From assembly GCF_000143415.4 (NCBI RefSeq), contig NW_003314268.1, forward strand, positions 1,193,247-1,257,246: a DNA stretch of 64,000 bases, read 5' to 3'. Made by a program: the position numbers and the translations under genes. The notes under the pieces are model-generated. The model did no database searches and was not told the DNA's origin. It saw only the letters and a list, made by a program, of their open reading frames with translations. Origin of the DNA: Selaginella moellendorffii. Taxonomy: Eukaryota > Plantae > Lycopodiophyta. Positions 38,004 through 51,676 of this stretch are shown here, one piece after another. The stretch's first letter is position 1; each line of letters begins with the position of its first letter.

Positions 38004-41000
38004 GTTTGCCAACACTGCCACTAGATCGAGGCCCACAGGCCCGACCACTAAGTCCCATGGTCCTCTGGGACTTCCTCACCACACGACTGTGTCCTTAGTC
38101 ACTACCCCAGAGGACTGCTCCTCTTCCTTTCCACAGTTTAGGCCTTTGGGACAACATTTCAGAACACCGTGGCCTTACGCGAGCCACCTAGGTACTCTCC
38201 CCGCCTTTCGCCTTTAGGTGCTCTAGCCATGGGCTTAGAGCGAGGTTCCATTGAGCCACACCTGGTATCCAAGTAGGTAGTGCCACCCACACTTGGACTG
38301 GGAGCATCGGCCAGTCGATCTCCCGGGGGAACTAGAGCCGGCTCTTGAACACTTCACCAAGCTACCCCGCTTGTCGGTCCATATTCACTCTAGTCTTGGA
38401 CTTCCCAGTGGTCAGTTCATCACCCAACACTGGGTCTGGCCTTCCTGGGCCAAACTGGCCTTTCCTGGCCAAACTGGCTCCACTGCAGTCCTCCCCCTAC
38501 TATACTTTTGGAGCTCACCAAACCCCCCAGGGTCTGGGAGATGAACGCTTTGGGCTTTCACCCTCTCAGACTCGAACTCGGACTCGGACTCGGACTCGGA
38601 CTCGGACTCGGACTCGGACTCGGACTCGGACTCGGGCTCGGGCTTGGTCTCAGCCTTGGCCTCGGTCTCGGTCTCGGTCCCGGTCTCGGTCCCGGTCTCG
38701 GTCTCGGTCTCGGTCTCGGTCCCGGTCTCGGTCTCGACCTCGGACTCCATGTCGGGTCCTTCTCGGACTCCATCTCGAACTCCATCTCGGGCTCCGTCTC
38801 GGTCCATCTCGGACTCCATCTTGGGTCCATCTCAGACTCCGTCTCGGTCCACCTCGGACTCCATCTCGGACTCCATCTCTGGTCCATCTCGGACTCCATC
38901 TTGGACTCCATCTCGGGTCCATCTCGGACTCCGTCTCGGTCCACCTCGGACTCCATCTCGGACTCTATCTCGGGTCCATCTCGGACTCCATCTCGGGTCC
39001 ATCTTGGACTCCATCTCCACTGCAGTCCTCCCCTGCTGGCTCCACTGCAGTCCTCCCCCTACTATACTTTTGGAGCTCACCAAACCCCCCAGGGTCTGGG
39101 AGACGAACGCTTTGGGCTTTCACCCTCTTAGACTCGAACTCGGACTCGGACTCGGACTCGGACTCGGGCTCGGGCTTGGTCTCAGCCTTGGCCTCGGTCT
39201 CGGTCTCGGTCCCGGTCTCGGTCCCGGTCTCGGTCTCGGTCTCGGTCTCGGTCCCGGTCTCGGTCTCGACCTCGGACTCCATGTCGGGTCCTTCTCGGAC
39301 TCCATCTCGGACTCCATCTCGGGCTCCGTCTCGGTCCATCTCGGACTCCATCTCGGACTCCGTCTCGGTCCATCTCGGACTCCATCTTGGGTCCATCTCG
39401 GACTCCGTCTCGGTCCACCTCGAACTCCATCTCGGACTCCATCTCGGGTCCATCTCGGACTCCATCTCGGACTCCATCTCGGCTCCATCTCGAACTCTGT
39501 CTCGGTCCACCTCGGACTCCATCTCAGACTCCATCTCGGGTCCATCTCGGACTCCATCTCGGGTCCATCTCGGACTCCGTCTCGGTCCACCTCGGACTCC
39601 ACTTCGGGTCCATCTCGGACTCCATATCGGACTCCATCTCGGACTCCACTTCAGACTCCATCTCGGGTCCATCTCGGACTCCGTCTCGGTCCACCTCGGA
39701 CTCCACTTCGGGCCCATCTTGGACTCCATATCGGACTCCACTTCAGACTCCATATCGGACTCCACTTCAGGTCCATTTCGGACTCCAACTAGGGTCCATC
39801 TCGGACTCCATCTCAGACACTTCCACGTGTCATGTGTTAGTCCCTTTTGGGTCCTTTTTTGGAGCCTTGCTTATTGCTCGCTTCGTGCTCGCTCCTTGAG
39901 CACTTTGTTGGGAGTTCCACTCCCGCTCTCGACCTTCCAAGTCAGAGGTTTTAGTCCAAATGTGTTACATTCGTTTGGGCTTTCGCTTCGGCCACTACCA
40001 CGTGGCACCCTTTCCGGCTCCACTTTGGGGCCTAGGGATTTTGTGTCTCACAACTCCACCACCCACCCATAGACGAAGTTCGATGTCCTCATCGAACGGT
40101 AAACCATTTTATAAAGTAACACCCGCATGTGTTACCATTTCCATCCTTGGCACCTAGCCAATATTTGTCAATGGTTTGACATTGAAGGCTCACCATGCCT
40201 TCTCCATATTCGTCAATGGTTTGACACAAAAGGCTCACCATGCCTTGCCCATCCTCTAAGGAGGATAGTCTCTCCAACTTAGAGACTCACTTGACCACCT
40301 GGGGTGGGTTGCTCCTTTTTATTGGTTCAGTCCTCGCTAAACCCATTAGAGACACCCTCTCTAACTCAATTCCAGTACTCATTCTTGAGTAGTCACAGAT
40401 TCCATTGATCTACCTTTGCACTTTGGAACGTTTACTTTTGACTTCTTGAAATCAAGTTCCTAGGTGTCTCCGACACCTTGCCTTGCACATTTTGTGCAAC
40501 TCCACTTCCCCTCCTAGGAAGTTCTCTACTCGAGGGCACCCTCATCCTCTTTTCTATTTTTGTGCCACCATTGGCATTACGTTCCATTTATCATTATTTG
40601 TGCTAGGGCTATCCACGGCCCTATCTTTTGGCTCCTTAGTTGCTCCCTCACTTGGAGCCTTTCCTTTGCCAAATTGGAGCACTTGGGAATCCGTCCTTAG
40701 AAGTCCACTTCTTTTTCCGCAATCCGTTAGCACCAAACACATTAGTGTTCTTTGGCTAACTTTGCCACTTGGATTCTTTCCAATGGATTCCACGGCCCTA
40801 TCTTGGGCACTCGTCTTTTGCTCCTATCCTTGGATTGTTGCACCAAGCAACATAGGATCATTACCTCCCTCCTGGAGGTATTCTTTTGGTTCCATAGCAA
40901 AGGATCTGCTTTGCCCAGACTAGGGTGTTCACCCCTAGTAAGTCTCCCCAACTGTTCTAGGCTCTCTTCCTAGCCCAACCTTGTGACCCACCCATGGGCC

Positions 41001-44000
41001 TGTCTTTGGAAACTATTTTCTTGAACTCATAATACCATTGTATTGTAGTAGTTCATTTCCCTTAGGTGTCCTTCTCACTTAGTCACCTTGACCAAGCCAC
41101 ACCTTTATCAATAGTTCAAATCAACACTTTGAACTAGGAATTATATTCCTTTACCCAAACAAAGACCTTGTCCTTGTTTAGCCATAAGATCACCTAGTGA
41201 TCTCATCTTGACCCTTTAATAGGTCTACCAATAGGAATTAGGTCTTCCCGACCTTACTAAGTTGTTGACTATGACCCCGGGGGCATCCCCCACACTTGGC
41301 AGTGCGCCCAAGCTAGCCCTTCCGGCCAAGGATCCATAGCAACTGAGACTGGGTGTCCCCATCTCATTCACCATGTCCTTGGTGCCTTTTGCACCAAAGT
41401 GTTCAAGTTAGATATGCTGAGCTTTCACTCTAAGCAATCTAACCGTGCATCACGACTCCGAGGCATCCCTCGCTTGGCGGTGTGCCCAAACCAGTCTCCT
41501 CACTGAGAGTCCATGACCACCGAAATATGAGTGTCCTCATATTCCAAACCATCACCACGCCCTAGTGATTTGGGACTCGAACCCAAGCACTAGAGGGTCG
41601 GGACTCGAACCCAACCTCCATATATGCATCTACGAACGGCATCACCCAGGATGCCTGGCGTGACTCCCCATGCCGGTGCACCAACTTATACTCAAAACGC
41701 GCTATAGATCACTGCTTAGGAACCTAGTTCCTCCACACTGCCAAGTCCTCTCACTTGACAAGTCTGTGATCATGCATGGACTCATCCATGCTTGGCCCCA
41801 TGGACCACCCTTTTTGAAGTTATCACCTTCAACTAGGGTATTTGTTCCCCTGACTTGCCAATCTCACTTTGGCAAGTCCTCCGACCACTGTAACATGGTT
41901 CCTGCACAAGCGTGAAAGCCCTTGATCATCGACTTTCGTTCAAAGCCCTCTCTTTGAACACTCACGAACTACTTCCCTAACCTTGATAGCCTTGCCTCAT
42001 GGCAAGCTTCAAGACCACGCTTCTGCTGCGCCACTCTGGTTTCGAGCATTCTTTGAACCATTTACGTTTGGCCTTTCTAGGTACTAAGTTACCTAGAATC
42101 ATCTTTGGGAACCTTGAAGGAACTCTGTCCCTTAGCTTGCTAAGGCCTCCCTTTTGGCAAGCTTTCCAATTACCATATAGTCTAACATGGACAATTCCAT
42201 ATTTTAGACTCTCCATGGCATCACGGTTGCTAGCAGCAACACCCTTAAGCCCCCATTTGATTCTCCACTCCTAGCTGGCATAACCAACCTTGGTTATGCC
42301 CTTCGATTCCTATGGTTTGGTTCTACCCCCATACTTCTTGCTTTTGGCTTCACACCTTTCCTTCGGTCATTCTCCTCCAGACCAGGAAGATAGCTTTGCA
42401 CTTTCTATCATGCCTTAGCAAGTATTCTTAGGGATGAACCTACCTGATAGCATAGGGAGTGGTTCCTCAATCCAGGTATGCTCACCCTATAATCCCACAC
42501 ACCGAGATTACGTTGTTGCTTATGGGCCTTTACATGCCCATCGCTAGCCTTGCCAAAATTCCATTTTTGGCTTTGTCCAATTCGAGTAGACAGTCTTCTC
42601 CTGTCTCTACCACCTTGGACATTTGGATAGCACCTTCTATCCATCATTCGCTAGGGACTTAGTCCCTTGGGCCTTATCTATTGCCCTCGCGACATCAAAC
42701 ACCACCTCCTAGTGTTCTAGAGTGTTTAGGTGTCCCAATGACGGCTTCCTTGACAATGAGTATTTCCTTTCATGATATTGACTTACTATATCGCAACATA
42801 AGCAACTTATCCCCCGTAAGGGTATATCCAATTTCCTTATGCCATTAAGAAGGCTTGGGTAGCTACCTTCTGCCCATTTAACCAATTATTTTGCACCTCT
42901 TGCTTAGTTGCCTCATAGTTGTTAAGTCCTACAACTCATTACTGGTGCTTCCACACCTCCATCATTATCTGGGTCACCACACTCCAACTGCATGCTCTGC
43001 AGCTTAGGCTATGCCATTCCCATTTCCATTGGGATTCCTTTGGCAAGGGGTTCTCATGAACCCACCAACATAGCCTCAAGGTATCACACCTTGGCACATT
43101 TGGTGTCTCCACACCATTGGCTCCACGAGCCTACCTTTATGACACTTCTTCTTTGTGTCTAAGTCTTTGCCAAGACCAATACCGCTCTTTCTCATGCCAA
43201 CCATCCGTCAGCACTGCACCATAGAGGTCACACACAACTTTGTTTCAAAGTTGTTTTCTTTTTGGGAACACCCTTCCCACGACTTTAGCATGGCACATTT
43301 TGCCATCGATGAGATACCCTCTGTTCTCATCCTTGGATCCTATGATCCCCCCCATCTTTCGTGGGGTACCACACACTTCAGTCCAAATGCTTCCATCAGT
43401 CCTTTAGGACCATTCCTTGACTCTACTTGAGTCATCCAGCAGTTTTGGACTTGGTTAATCCATAGACCCGTAAGGTCCTACTTGTCGGGCACTAGCTCAC
43501 TGGAATACACTTCTTGCATTCATGTCCTCACTCACAAGGATTATTTTCACAAGTGTTACTCTGACACTTGATTTTATTCTCTGGGGCAACCTTTGCCCCT
43601 TAGGACTACTTGTCCATGTGATGAGAGTACCAACTCATCTCTAAGTACACCCACCCAACTCCTTAGGTTGTTCCAGCATTTATTAAAGGTAGCCCTGGCT
43701 ACCATTTCAAGGACTTGAGCCCTCTTCCGTATTTGACCTCTCACAGTCATTACTTCTGGTCTCACATTCATGAGCACGAACCTCAACTATATGAGGATAA
43801 TCTTGTGACTCCTTTATTACTTTGGAGTCTTTATCTTTCCCGTGATCCCAACTATAGTTGTTTATCACAACTACGTTAGCCCGTTTGTTGCATCAAACAC
43901 TCATTTGGATCACATCCTCAGCTCTCTAAGGAAACCTTATACTGTTCCCAAGATCCCAAAGTCGTTCCATTATTGGCCCTTTTCTATCCACCACATTGTG

Positions 44001-46069
44001 CCGAAGTTCACGCATGAACTTGAGTGGAGAGCCATGTCCTCTCGACATGCTACTCCTCAAGGATAAGCCCACTCCTAGGACCTTCCGATGCCAACATCAA
44101 TGGTGATATACTTGAGCACCAATAAAAGTCGGACTAAAGAACAGCTCCGATACCAAGTTGTAAGCAACTAAATTTTCCATTCTACTTTAGTCACTTAACC
44201 ACACCTTCGACCACTTGGAGGAGTCTCATTCACAACCTCCATCAGTCCAATTCAGGACTTGGGACTTGCTAGCCCCAAGAATGGCATCCATGCCACTCAA
44301 CACTTGCACCTGGTCCAAGTGCTCCAGGTGTCCGGTCCCAAGACCGACACCCAAAGGTACCACTGACATCTCGGCCCGTTAGGCTAAGGCCATGCCCATT
44401 CACCTTTGCTGCACTAGTGGTCCAATACCACTTGCATCACCATCCCGTCTCTTCAAGACTGGGCCATCTGTCCATGAGTGGTCATCCTAGATCCACTCTT
44501 TAGCATCCTTAGGATGCCCACAGACCTGGGGAATCGCCTTCCCCAAAGTCCCTTTGTCAGTTCCTACCAAGTCCCTTTGTGCCCCTGGCCGTGTTTGCCA
44601 ACACTGCCACTGGATCGAGGCCCACAGGCCCGACCACTAAGTCCCATGGTCCTCTGGGACTTCCTCACCACACGACTGTGTCCTTGGTCACTACCCCAGA
44701 GGACTGCTCCTCTTCCTTTCCACAGTCTAGGCCTTTGGGACAACATTTCGGAACACCGTGGCCTTACGTGAGCCACCTGGGTACTCTCCCCGCCTTTCGC
44801 CTTTAGGTGCTCTAGCCATGGGCTTAGAGCGAGGTTCCGTTGAGCCACACCTGGTATCCAAGTAGGTAGTGCCACCCACACTTGGACTGGGAGCATCGGC
44901 CAGTCGATCTCCCGGGGGAACTAGAGCCGGCTCTTGAACACTTCACCAAGCTACCTCGCTTGTCAGTCCGTATTCACTCTAGTCTTGGACTTCCCAGTGG
45001 TCAGTTCATCACCCAACACTAGGTCTGGCCTTCCTGGGCCAAACTGGCCTTTCCTGGCCAAACTGGCTCCACTGCAGTCCTCCCCCTACTATACTTTTGG
45101 AGCTCACCAAACCCCCCAGGGTCTGGGAGATGAACGCTTTGGGCTTTCACCCTCTCAGACTCGAACTCGGACTCGGACTCGGACTCGGACTCGGACTCGG
45201 ACTCGGGCTCGGGCTTGGTCTCAGCCTTGGCCTCGGTCTCGGTCTCGGTCCCGGTCTCGGTCCCGGTCTTGGTCTCGGTCTCGATCTCGGTCCCGGTCTC
45301 GGTCTCGACCTCAGACTCCATGTCGGGTCCTTCTCGGACTCCATCTCGGACTCCATCTCGGGCTCCGTCTCGGTCCATCTCGGACTCCATCTCGGGTCCA
45401 TCTCAGACTCCGTCTCGGTCCACCTCGGACTCCATCTCGGACTCCATCTCGGGTCCATCTCGGACTCCATCTTGGACTCCATCTCGGACTCCATCTCGGG
45501 TCCATCTCGGACTCCGTCTCGGTCCACCTCGGACTCCATCTCGGACTCCATCTCGGGTCCATCTCGGACTCCATCTCGGGTCCATCTTGGACTCCGTCTC
45601 GGTCCACCTCAGACTCCACTTCGGGTCCATCTCGGACTCCATCTCGGACTCCACTTCAGACTCCATCTCGGGTCCATCTCGGACTCCGTCTCGGTCCACC
45701 TCGGACTCCACTTCGGGTCCATCTCGGACTCCATATCGGACTCCATCTCGGACTCCACTTCAGACTCCATATCGGACTCCACTTCGGGTCCATCTCGGAC
45801 TCCAACTAGGGTCCGTCTCGGACTCCATCTCAGACACTTCCATGTGTCATGTGTTGGTCCCTTTTGGGTCCTTTTTTGGAGCCTTGCTTATTGCTCGCTT
45901 CGTGCTCGCTCCTTGAGCACTTTGTTGGGAGTTCCACTCCCACTCTCGACCTTCCAAGTCAGAGGTTTTAGTCCAAACGTGTTACACTCGTTTGGGCTTT
46001 TGCTTCAGCCACTACCACGTGGCACCCTTTCCAGCTCCACTTTGGGGCCTAGGGATTTTGTGTCTCACA
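38004..46069 (-). mobile_element. Non-autonomous LTR element B (LARD/TR-GAG-like): 5' LTR 44159-46069, split 3' LTR 38004-40052 (plus 19976-20405)
   Basis: PBS (reverse complement gctccgatacca, ~44144-44155), PPT beyond 40052, TSD TTGCT; the ~4.1 kb internal region lacks recognisable RT/IN motifs. Confidence 0.88.
38570..39820. repeat. Degenerate hexamer/dodecamer tandem array (CTCGGA, CTCGGACTCCAT) in LTR B; also 45160-45840 and related arrays in LTR A (~19035-19290, ~32320-32600)
   Basis: Seen directly. Confidence 0.92.
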
Positions 46070-47199
46070 AGCAAGAAGTGAGAACATAGTGCTTTAGATA
46101 AGGTAGTATGGTATGCAATTTGGTCAATTGTCCATATGGTTTGCAACATTAGCAACTTGCTTGAATGCATGGGATGAATGGGTCTATGGGCCATGACTGG
46201 CTCCATTCCACACATAACACGGGTCATTGCTATGGGTATGATACCCCATCCGGGGCATAAGGATTGGATATTCATAAAATATTCTATGCCTGTGTTTTTT
46301 TCACTCATATTACACGAAAACCAATAGCAGCCAGACACGTGGTGTGAGTGAAATATGCCATTGTAATTTCCACCCTTTTATGAATTGCACACCATATTTT
46401 CAATGTACAATAGCCGAGAAGCAATTTAAATTTTTGACAACGTGGTAGTATGGCAATGTGAATAATACACATGGCAGTTTTAAGAACATGATTTCAAGTA
46501 GTATGTTTAATAGGTCAATCTTTATAGCACTAGAAACTTTTTCATTAACTTTCATTCCAACATTGTACAGCAATTATATGAGAATAGGAAAGAAATTTAA
46601 AATCATGTCAATGACGGGAAGATCGTCCAAGAACTCGGCGTTGAGATCCTAGACCTTCTTCAAGGCATGTTCATGGCTCATCTAATCCAGCAGCAATGCA
46701 GCAAATCCCTTAAGGAATTTCCAACCTTTATCCCTGTCCTAAGTTTTTGAGCCTTTTGCTTGGCAAGTGCGACAAAACATTCTGGAAATCGAGCAAATTC
46801 TGCAACCAAAGCTCTAGCCACAAGGAACCTTGAAAAGAAAACACGCACAGCCTCGTTGTTAGGAAGTGTTCTCATTGCTTCCTTGGACAGTTGACAATTT
46901 AGGCTTGGTGAGCACAGTATGGCAAGGATTCCTCATAAAAGGAGGGAGAATATGGTACAGAAGGTAGGTTATATTTTTGGGTTCTATTTTCTCCTCTCTC
47001 CTCTTCCGATTTCTCTCTTTTCCTCCTGTATTTCTCTTCCATGGAATATATTAGTGATTCCTGCCAGGAGATCTGGGCAGATCTCAACAGTGGTATCGGA
47101 GCAACACTACCGATCGTATTGGGTGTACCAGGCAAGGGTTTGGCATCATGGCGAAGGATAGGGCTAATGGAGGCAATCCTAAAAGCATATGTCATTTTC

Positions 47200-50100
47200 A
47201 GCTAGTTAATCAGACATATTGGCAGTGTGACCAACTTAGAGTCAGTTATCCCTTTGTTATCTCTCGTATGGGTGCTAGGGTTTCTTTGCGAATGGCTTCT
47301 CTAGCATCTTTGGCAAAATTTGTAAACATGAGGCCAAGAAAGAAGCAAATTGAGGCCACCACACTAATGGACGAGGAGCTAGAATGAGTTTCCAATCCAG
47401 ATCAGGTGCATGACCAAGAAGGGGAAAGGGAAGAGCAAGGATTGATAATCCAGCAATTGGAATCAACCATGCAAGCACTGATTGAGCAGAATCTTCTTCA
47501 CCAGCAGCAAGTCACAGCTATAATCCAGGACATGCAAGTTTCGGTCCAGTTGTTGCCTCTTTCTAGAGCATCATGTGAGGCCATGGTATGAGGAATTACG
47601 ATGAAGATGGAAGTTCTCTCTCCCCATCACGACAGTATCTCTGGCAGTTCCCCAATAGCCTCTTGTGCGAAGAAGTAACCTAGAGTTCCTTGAGCCGAGA
47701 TTCCAAGGTCTGCTGCTTCTCCACTAAAAGACGCATTTCTGCTATGCTCTCATATTGTTGATCTGCTAAGATCCAAGGGTGGTGAGTCCAATCCTACAAC
47801 TATCCTTCTCATCCAGGAGTCACGGATTGTTGGGGAGAACACCATTCTCTTCATCAGCAGCGAAATGGGATAAGGACAAATCTCAATTGCCAACTTATGG
47901 AGGCAAGAACGATTGACAGAAGCTTTTGGAGTGGATTTATTGCCATGAGAGAAACTTTGTGATGCGTGAACCTCGGGAGGTGGAGAAGGTACCCTTGGTG
48001 GCCAATTATCTCACAGATTTGGCTTCTGAGTGGTATAGCAGCCTAGAGCGGGCCAGAGTGTTTCCGGATTGGGAAACATTCAAGACCATGCTTACTGAGG
48101 AATTTCTGCTCTCCTCAGTCTAGGACCTTCCATTCAACAAACTTTATGATCTACGGTACCACCCACGAACACAGACTTTACAGGCTTTTAACCGAGAATG
48201 GCTACAAGTTTGGCGTGGATGATATTCCTGAATCAGCCCTGGTTCAATGCTATGTAGCTGCTTTACCCACATCAATGGGAGCTGATGTAGATCAAATGTC
48301 CCCTACGTCCATCTGTCAAGCCATGCAACTGGCTTTGAACGCAGATCTCAAATACAAGGAGTGGGAGTCAACAAGTAAACCACGTTTTGATTGGCCTCGT
48401 TTGCAACCTCGGAGCATGGCAGAAATCAGCAAGTCATTAAGCAATGGATTATCATCAACTGCAGGGAAACAAGTGCCATTTTCATCCATGTTGCTTCCCC
48501 TACAAGAGCGGCTCAAACAATTGGAAGACACGAAGTTGGGCAAGTGTTTTGATTGCGGAGCAAAAATGGGAACGGGGACATAGACAGGTTTGTAAGGCTC
48601 GAACAGGTCAGCAACCAAGGGGCAGGTTGACAAGTATTTAGTTCCAACAAAACGGCGATGGAGATCTCATTCCTGTGGCTTTTGAGGACTTGGACTTAGA
48701 ACAAGAGATTTTTGTTTGGGAGGGTGAAGTGTCATCTCAAGTTCCAGGAGAAGAAGCCACGTTAGGAGCCACCATTTCACTGCCATCCTCTTTGGGGAAG
48801 ACAGGACCACAGTGCATTCGGGTAACAGGAACAGTTTTAGGTCGTCAAGCATTTGTGTTGGTAGAATTGGGAGCTTCACATTCCTTTGTGAACGCTTGTT
48901 CACTGACCAAACTTCGCTTGACAACCAAACCAGCTCCAATTCCATTGGATGTGGAGATTGCCAATAGGGGAGTTATCCGAGTGAATCAGATGGTATCTTG
49001 TCACTTGGTGGTGAACAACTTCATGCTGGTGGAGCACTTTTATGTCATGGACATGGGGCCCATTGACTTCGTTTTGGGAGTTCAGACTCTTGAACGTTTT
49101 GGTGACATCACCATAAACTTTGCTACTCAACGATTAGCCTTCACCTTTGAGGGACAACACGTTGAATGGCTAGGGGTGCCACCAAAGCAAACAGATTCAG
49201 CACAGAACTGCATCCCAGTGCTGGAAACTTTTATGAGGTGGTAATGAGTGCTTGATCTATCATAGACACGAAGGGTTGCTGGAGACAGTAGAGAGCTTTT
49301 TGGAAGGAGCCCGACTTTCCTTTCTTTTGTACCTTCAAGAAGAAAAGATAGCTGAGTTGCATCTTTCGGACCTGGGTGTGAAGAAAGCAGAACAACACTG
49401 CGAAGAAAGCAGTAGGGGTCCAGGTGGGCAGCTAGAGACGGGTGTGAAGAAAGTAGGACAACACTGTGAAGAAAGCAGTGGGTTTCATGCTCAAGCTTTA
49501 AGTCCAGGTGTGAAGAAAGTAGGACAACACTGTGAAGAAAGCAGTGGGTTTCATGCTCAAGCTTTAAGTCCAAGTGTGAAGAAAGCAGCAGGGACTTGAA
49601 TAAGCTCAAGACTGCACTTGAAGAAAGTAGCAAAGAAAGTGGTAGTGCAATGAATTTGGTTGCTAGTGACAGGCAACTCGATTCCAGTCTTTGTGGGAAG
49701 GGGGAAGAGTTCTCATCAGTTGAGGTGGAGGAGGCAATGACAGACATAAATTTTTCCTCCATGCATGCAAATATCAAGGTAGTGGCGATCCAGCATGCCC
49801 GTGTTTTCACTTGAAAGATTAGTAATCGTTTTAGTGAAGTCACCAGGATCACACATCGGATTGAGTTAGAACCACACTCCATCACAGTTAACTTTCCGAT
49901 AATTCATCTAAGTAGGGAGGAATGAGCCATCGTTGATACCATGGTGGAGGAATTACAACAGGAAGGGTTGGTGGAGGAAAGCAATAGTCTGTTTGTATCT
50001 CCCATGCTTCTCGTTCTTAAGAAGGATGGTTCATGGAGATTAGTGGTGGATTACAGGGCCCTTAATAGGATAACTGTCAAAAATAAGTTCTCTATTCCCA

Positions 50101-51300
50101 GGGTAGATGAGCTTCTGGATGAGCTTGGCAGCACCAAGTTCTTTTCCAAGATTGACCTTCGTTCTGGTTACTATCATATTGCCATGCAGGATGAGGACAA
50201 GGCCAAGACAGCATTCAGGACTCACCAAGGATTGTTTCAATTCAGAGTAATGCCTTTTGGCCCGCCTGCTACGTTTCAAAGTCTCATGAACAAGCTCTTG
50301 GCTAAGTATTTCTTCCAGTTCATTGTAGCTGTTTTTAATGACATACTAATCTATAGTTAGGACTGGACAGAACACTTGCACCACTTGGAAGTGATTTTAT
50401 CCATTTTGGAGAACAATGCTTTGGTTGCAAAGTTATCCAAGTGTTCTTTTGGACTAAAGACCATTCAGTACCTTAGATTTTGTGTAGGACATTGGCAAGG
50501 TATGGGTTGATCCATCACAATTATAAGTTGTTGCAAATTGGCCACTTCCCAAATCTTTGAAGCAACTATGAGCTTTTTATGGCTTTGTAAACTATTTACA
50601 TTGCTTGCCTCTATTGCGGCTCTGCTCAGCAATATTTTGCGCTCTTCTACTTTTCAATGGTCAGATGTAGCCCAAGAATCATTTGAGTTGCTGAAGCAAC
50701 AACTTCTGGGTGCACTGTTACTTTTGCTTCCAGATTTCTCGCAACTTTTCATTGTTGATACTGATGCATCAGATGCATGAATTGGAGCAGTTCTCTGCCA
50801 AGGAGAGGAATTGGTGGCCTTTGATAGTTGTCGCTTCTCTGTTCAGAAGTTCAGGTTACTAGTGTATGAACAGGAAATGCTAGCAGTTATTCATGCAATT
50901 GGTCGCTACCACCATTATCTGTTGCCTCGACAGTTTATGCTCCAAACAAACCATCACAGCCTCAAATTTATTTTGGAGCAACAACATTTGTCCAAGAAAT
51001 AGCAGTGCTGGGTGGAGCAACTGCAAGCATTGGATTTCACTACAGGGAAAAGCACATCCTTCCTGATGTGTTAGGGTTTAGGTTCATGATGATTTGAACG
51101 TACTGAAGCATCAACATTGTCTAGTATTTCCAGACAGGAAGCAGTGTATGTTGATAAGATTCGCGAAGGCTACTCACTGGATCCGACGCTTTCGGGTATC
51201 TGGCAACAGTTTTGTGATAATCCTGACCATACGCATGACAAGTTCTCAATTCAAGCCACAACTTATGCAAGGAGATCTGTCATGCAAGCATTTTGGCAAG
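47200..51300 (+). mobile_element. Decayed Ty3/gypsy remnant (element C) copy 2: gag, protease, RT, RNaseH; no LTR found
   Basis: gag (YLTDLASEWY..DWETFK), CFDCG knuckle, VLVELGASHSFV, WRLVVDYRALN, FNDILIYS, FIVDTDAS. Confidence 0.88.
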
Positions 51301-51676
51301 ACATCCATATTAAGTGTGTGTGTATATATATATCATAAATATATAAATATCATTGTTAATGTTAAAATAAAGACAAAGGGCTTGCTATCCTAGAGATTTT
51401 TGGTGCAACAAACGCAGACAAATTGCTCTGAAACCCCAGCAATCTGGAAACTAGAAACATTAAACCAGCCAATTGCCATATAGTAGAATCACTCTAAAGT
51501 ATGGTTTTTGTCAGGCGTGGCTCAAATAGCACTCTTGGAAAGCTTAAATCCAAATGCCAATTATACATACTGTACAGCGTCCACTTAAGGCTCAACTAAA
51601 ACAATCTAACCTTCTTGAGCTTTAAAGCAAAATTCATCAACACAATTCTTTGATGACTTCGCTCATTCTCTCTCTT

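Noticed and set aside
38570-39820. CRISPR-like repeat array
   Set aside because: No unique spacers, eukaryotic context, simple tandem repeat
38345-40072. Long Ser/Pro/Arg/Gly-Leu ORFs (575, 382, 330 aa etc.), also at 44934-46089
   Set aside because: Stop-free by-products of hexamer arrays in the LTRs, open in several frames on both strands
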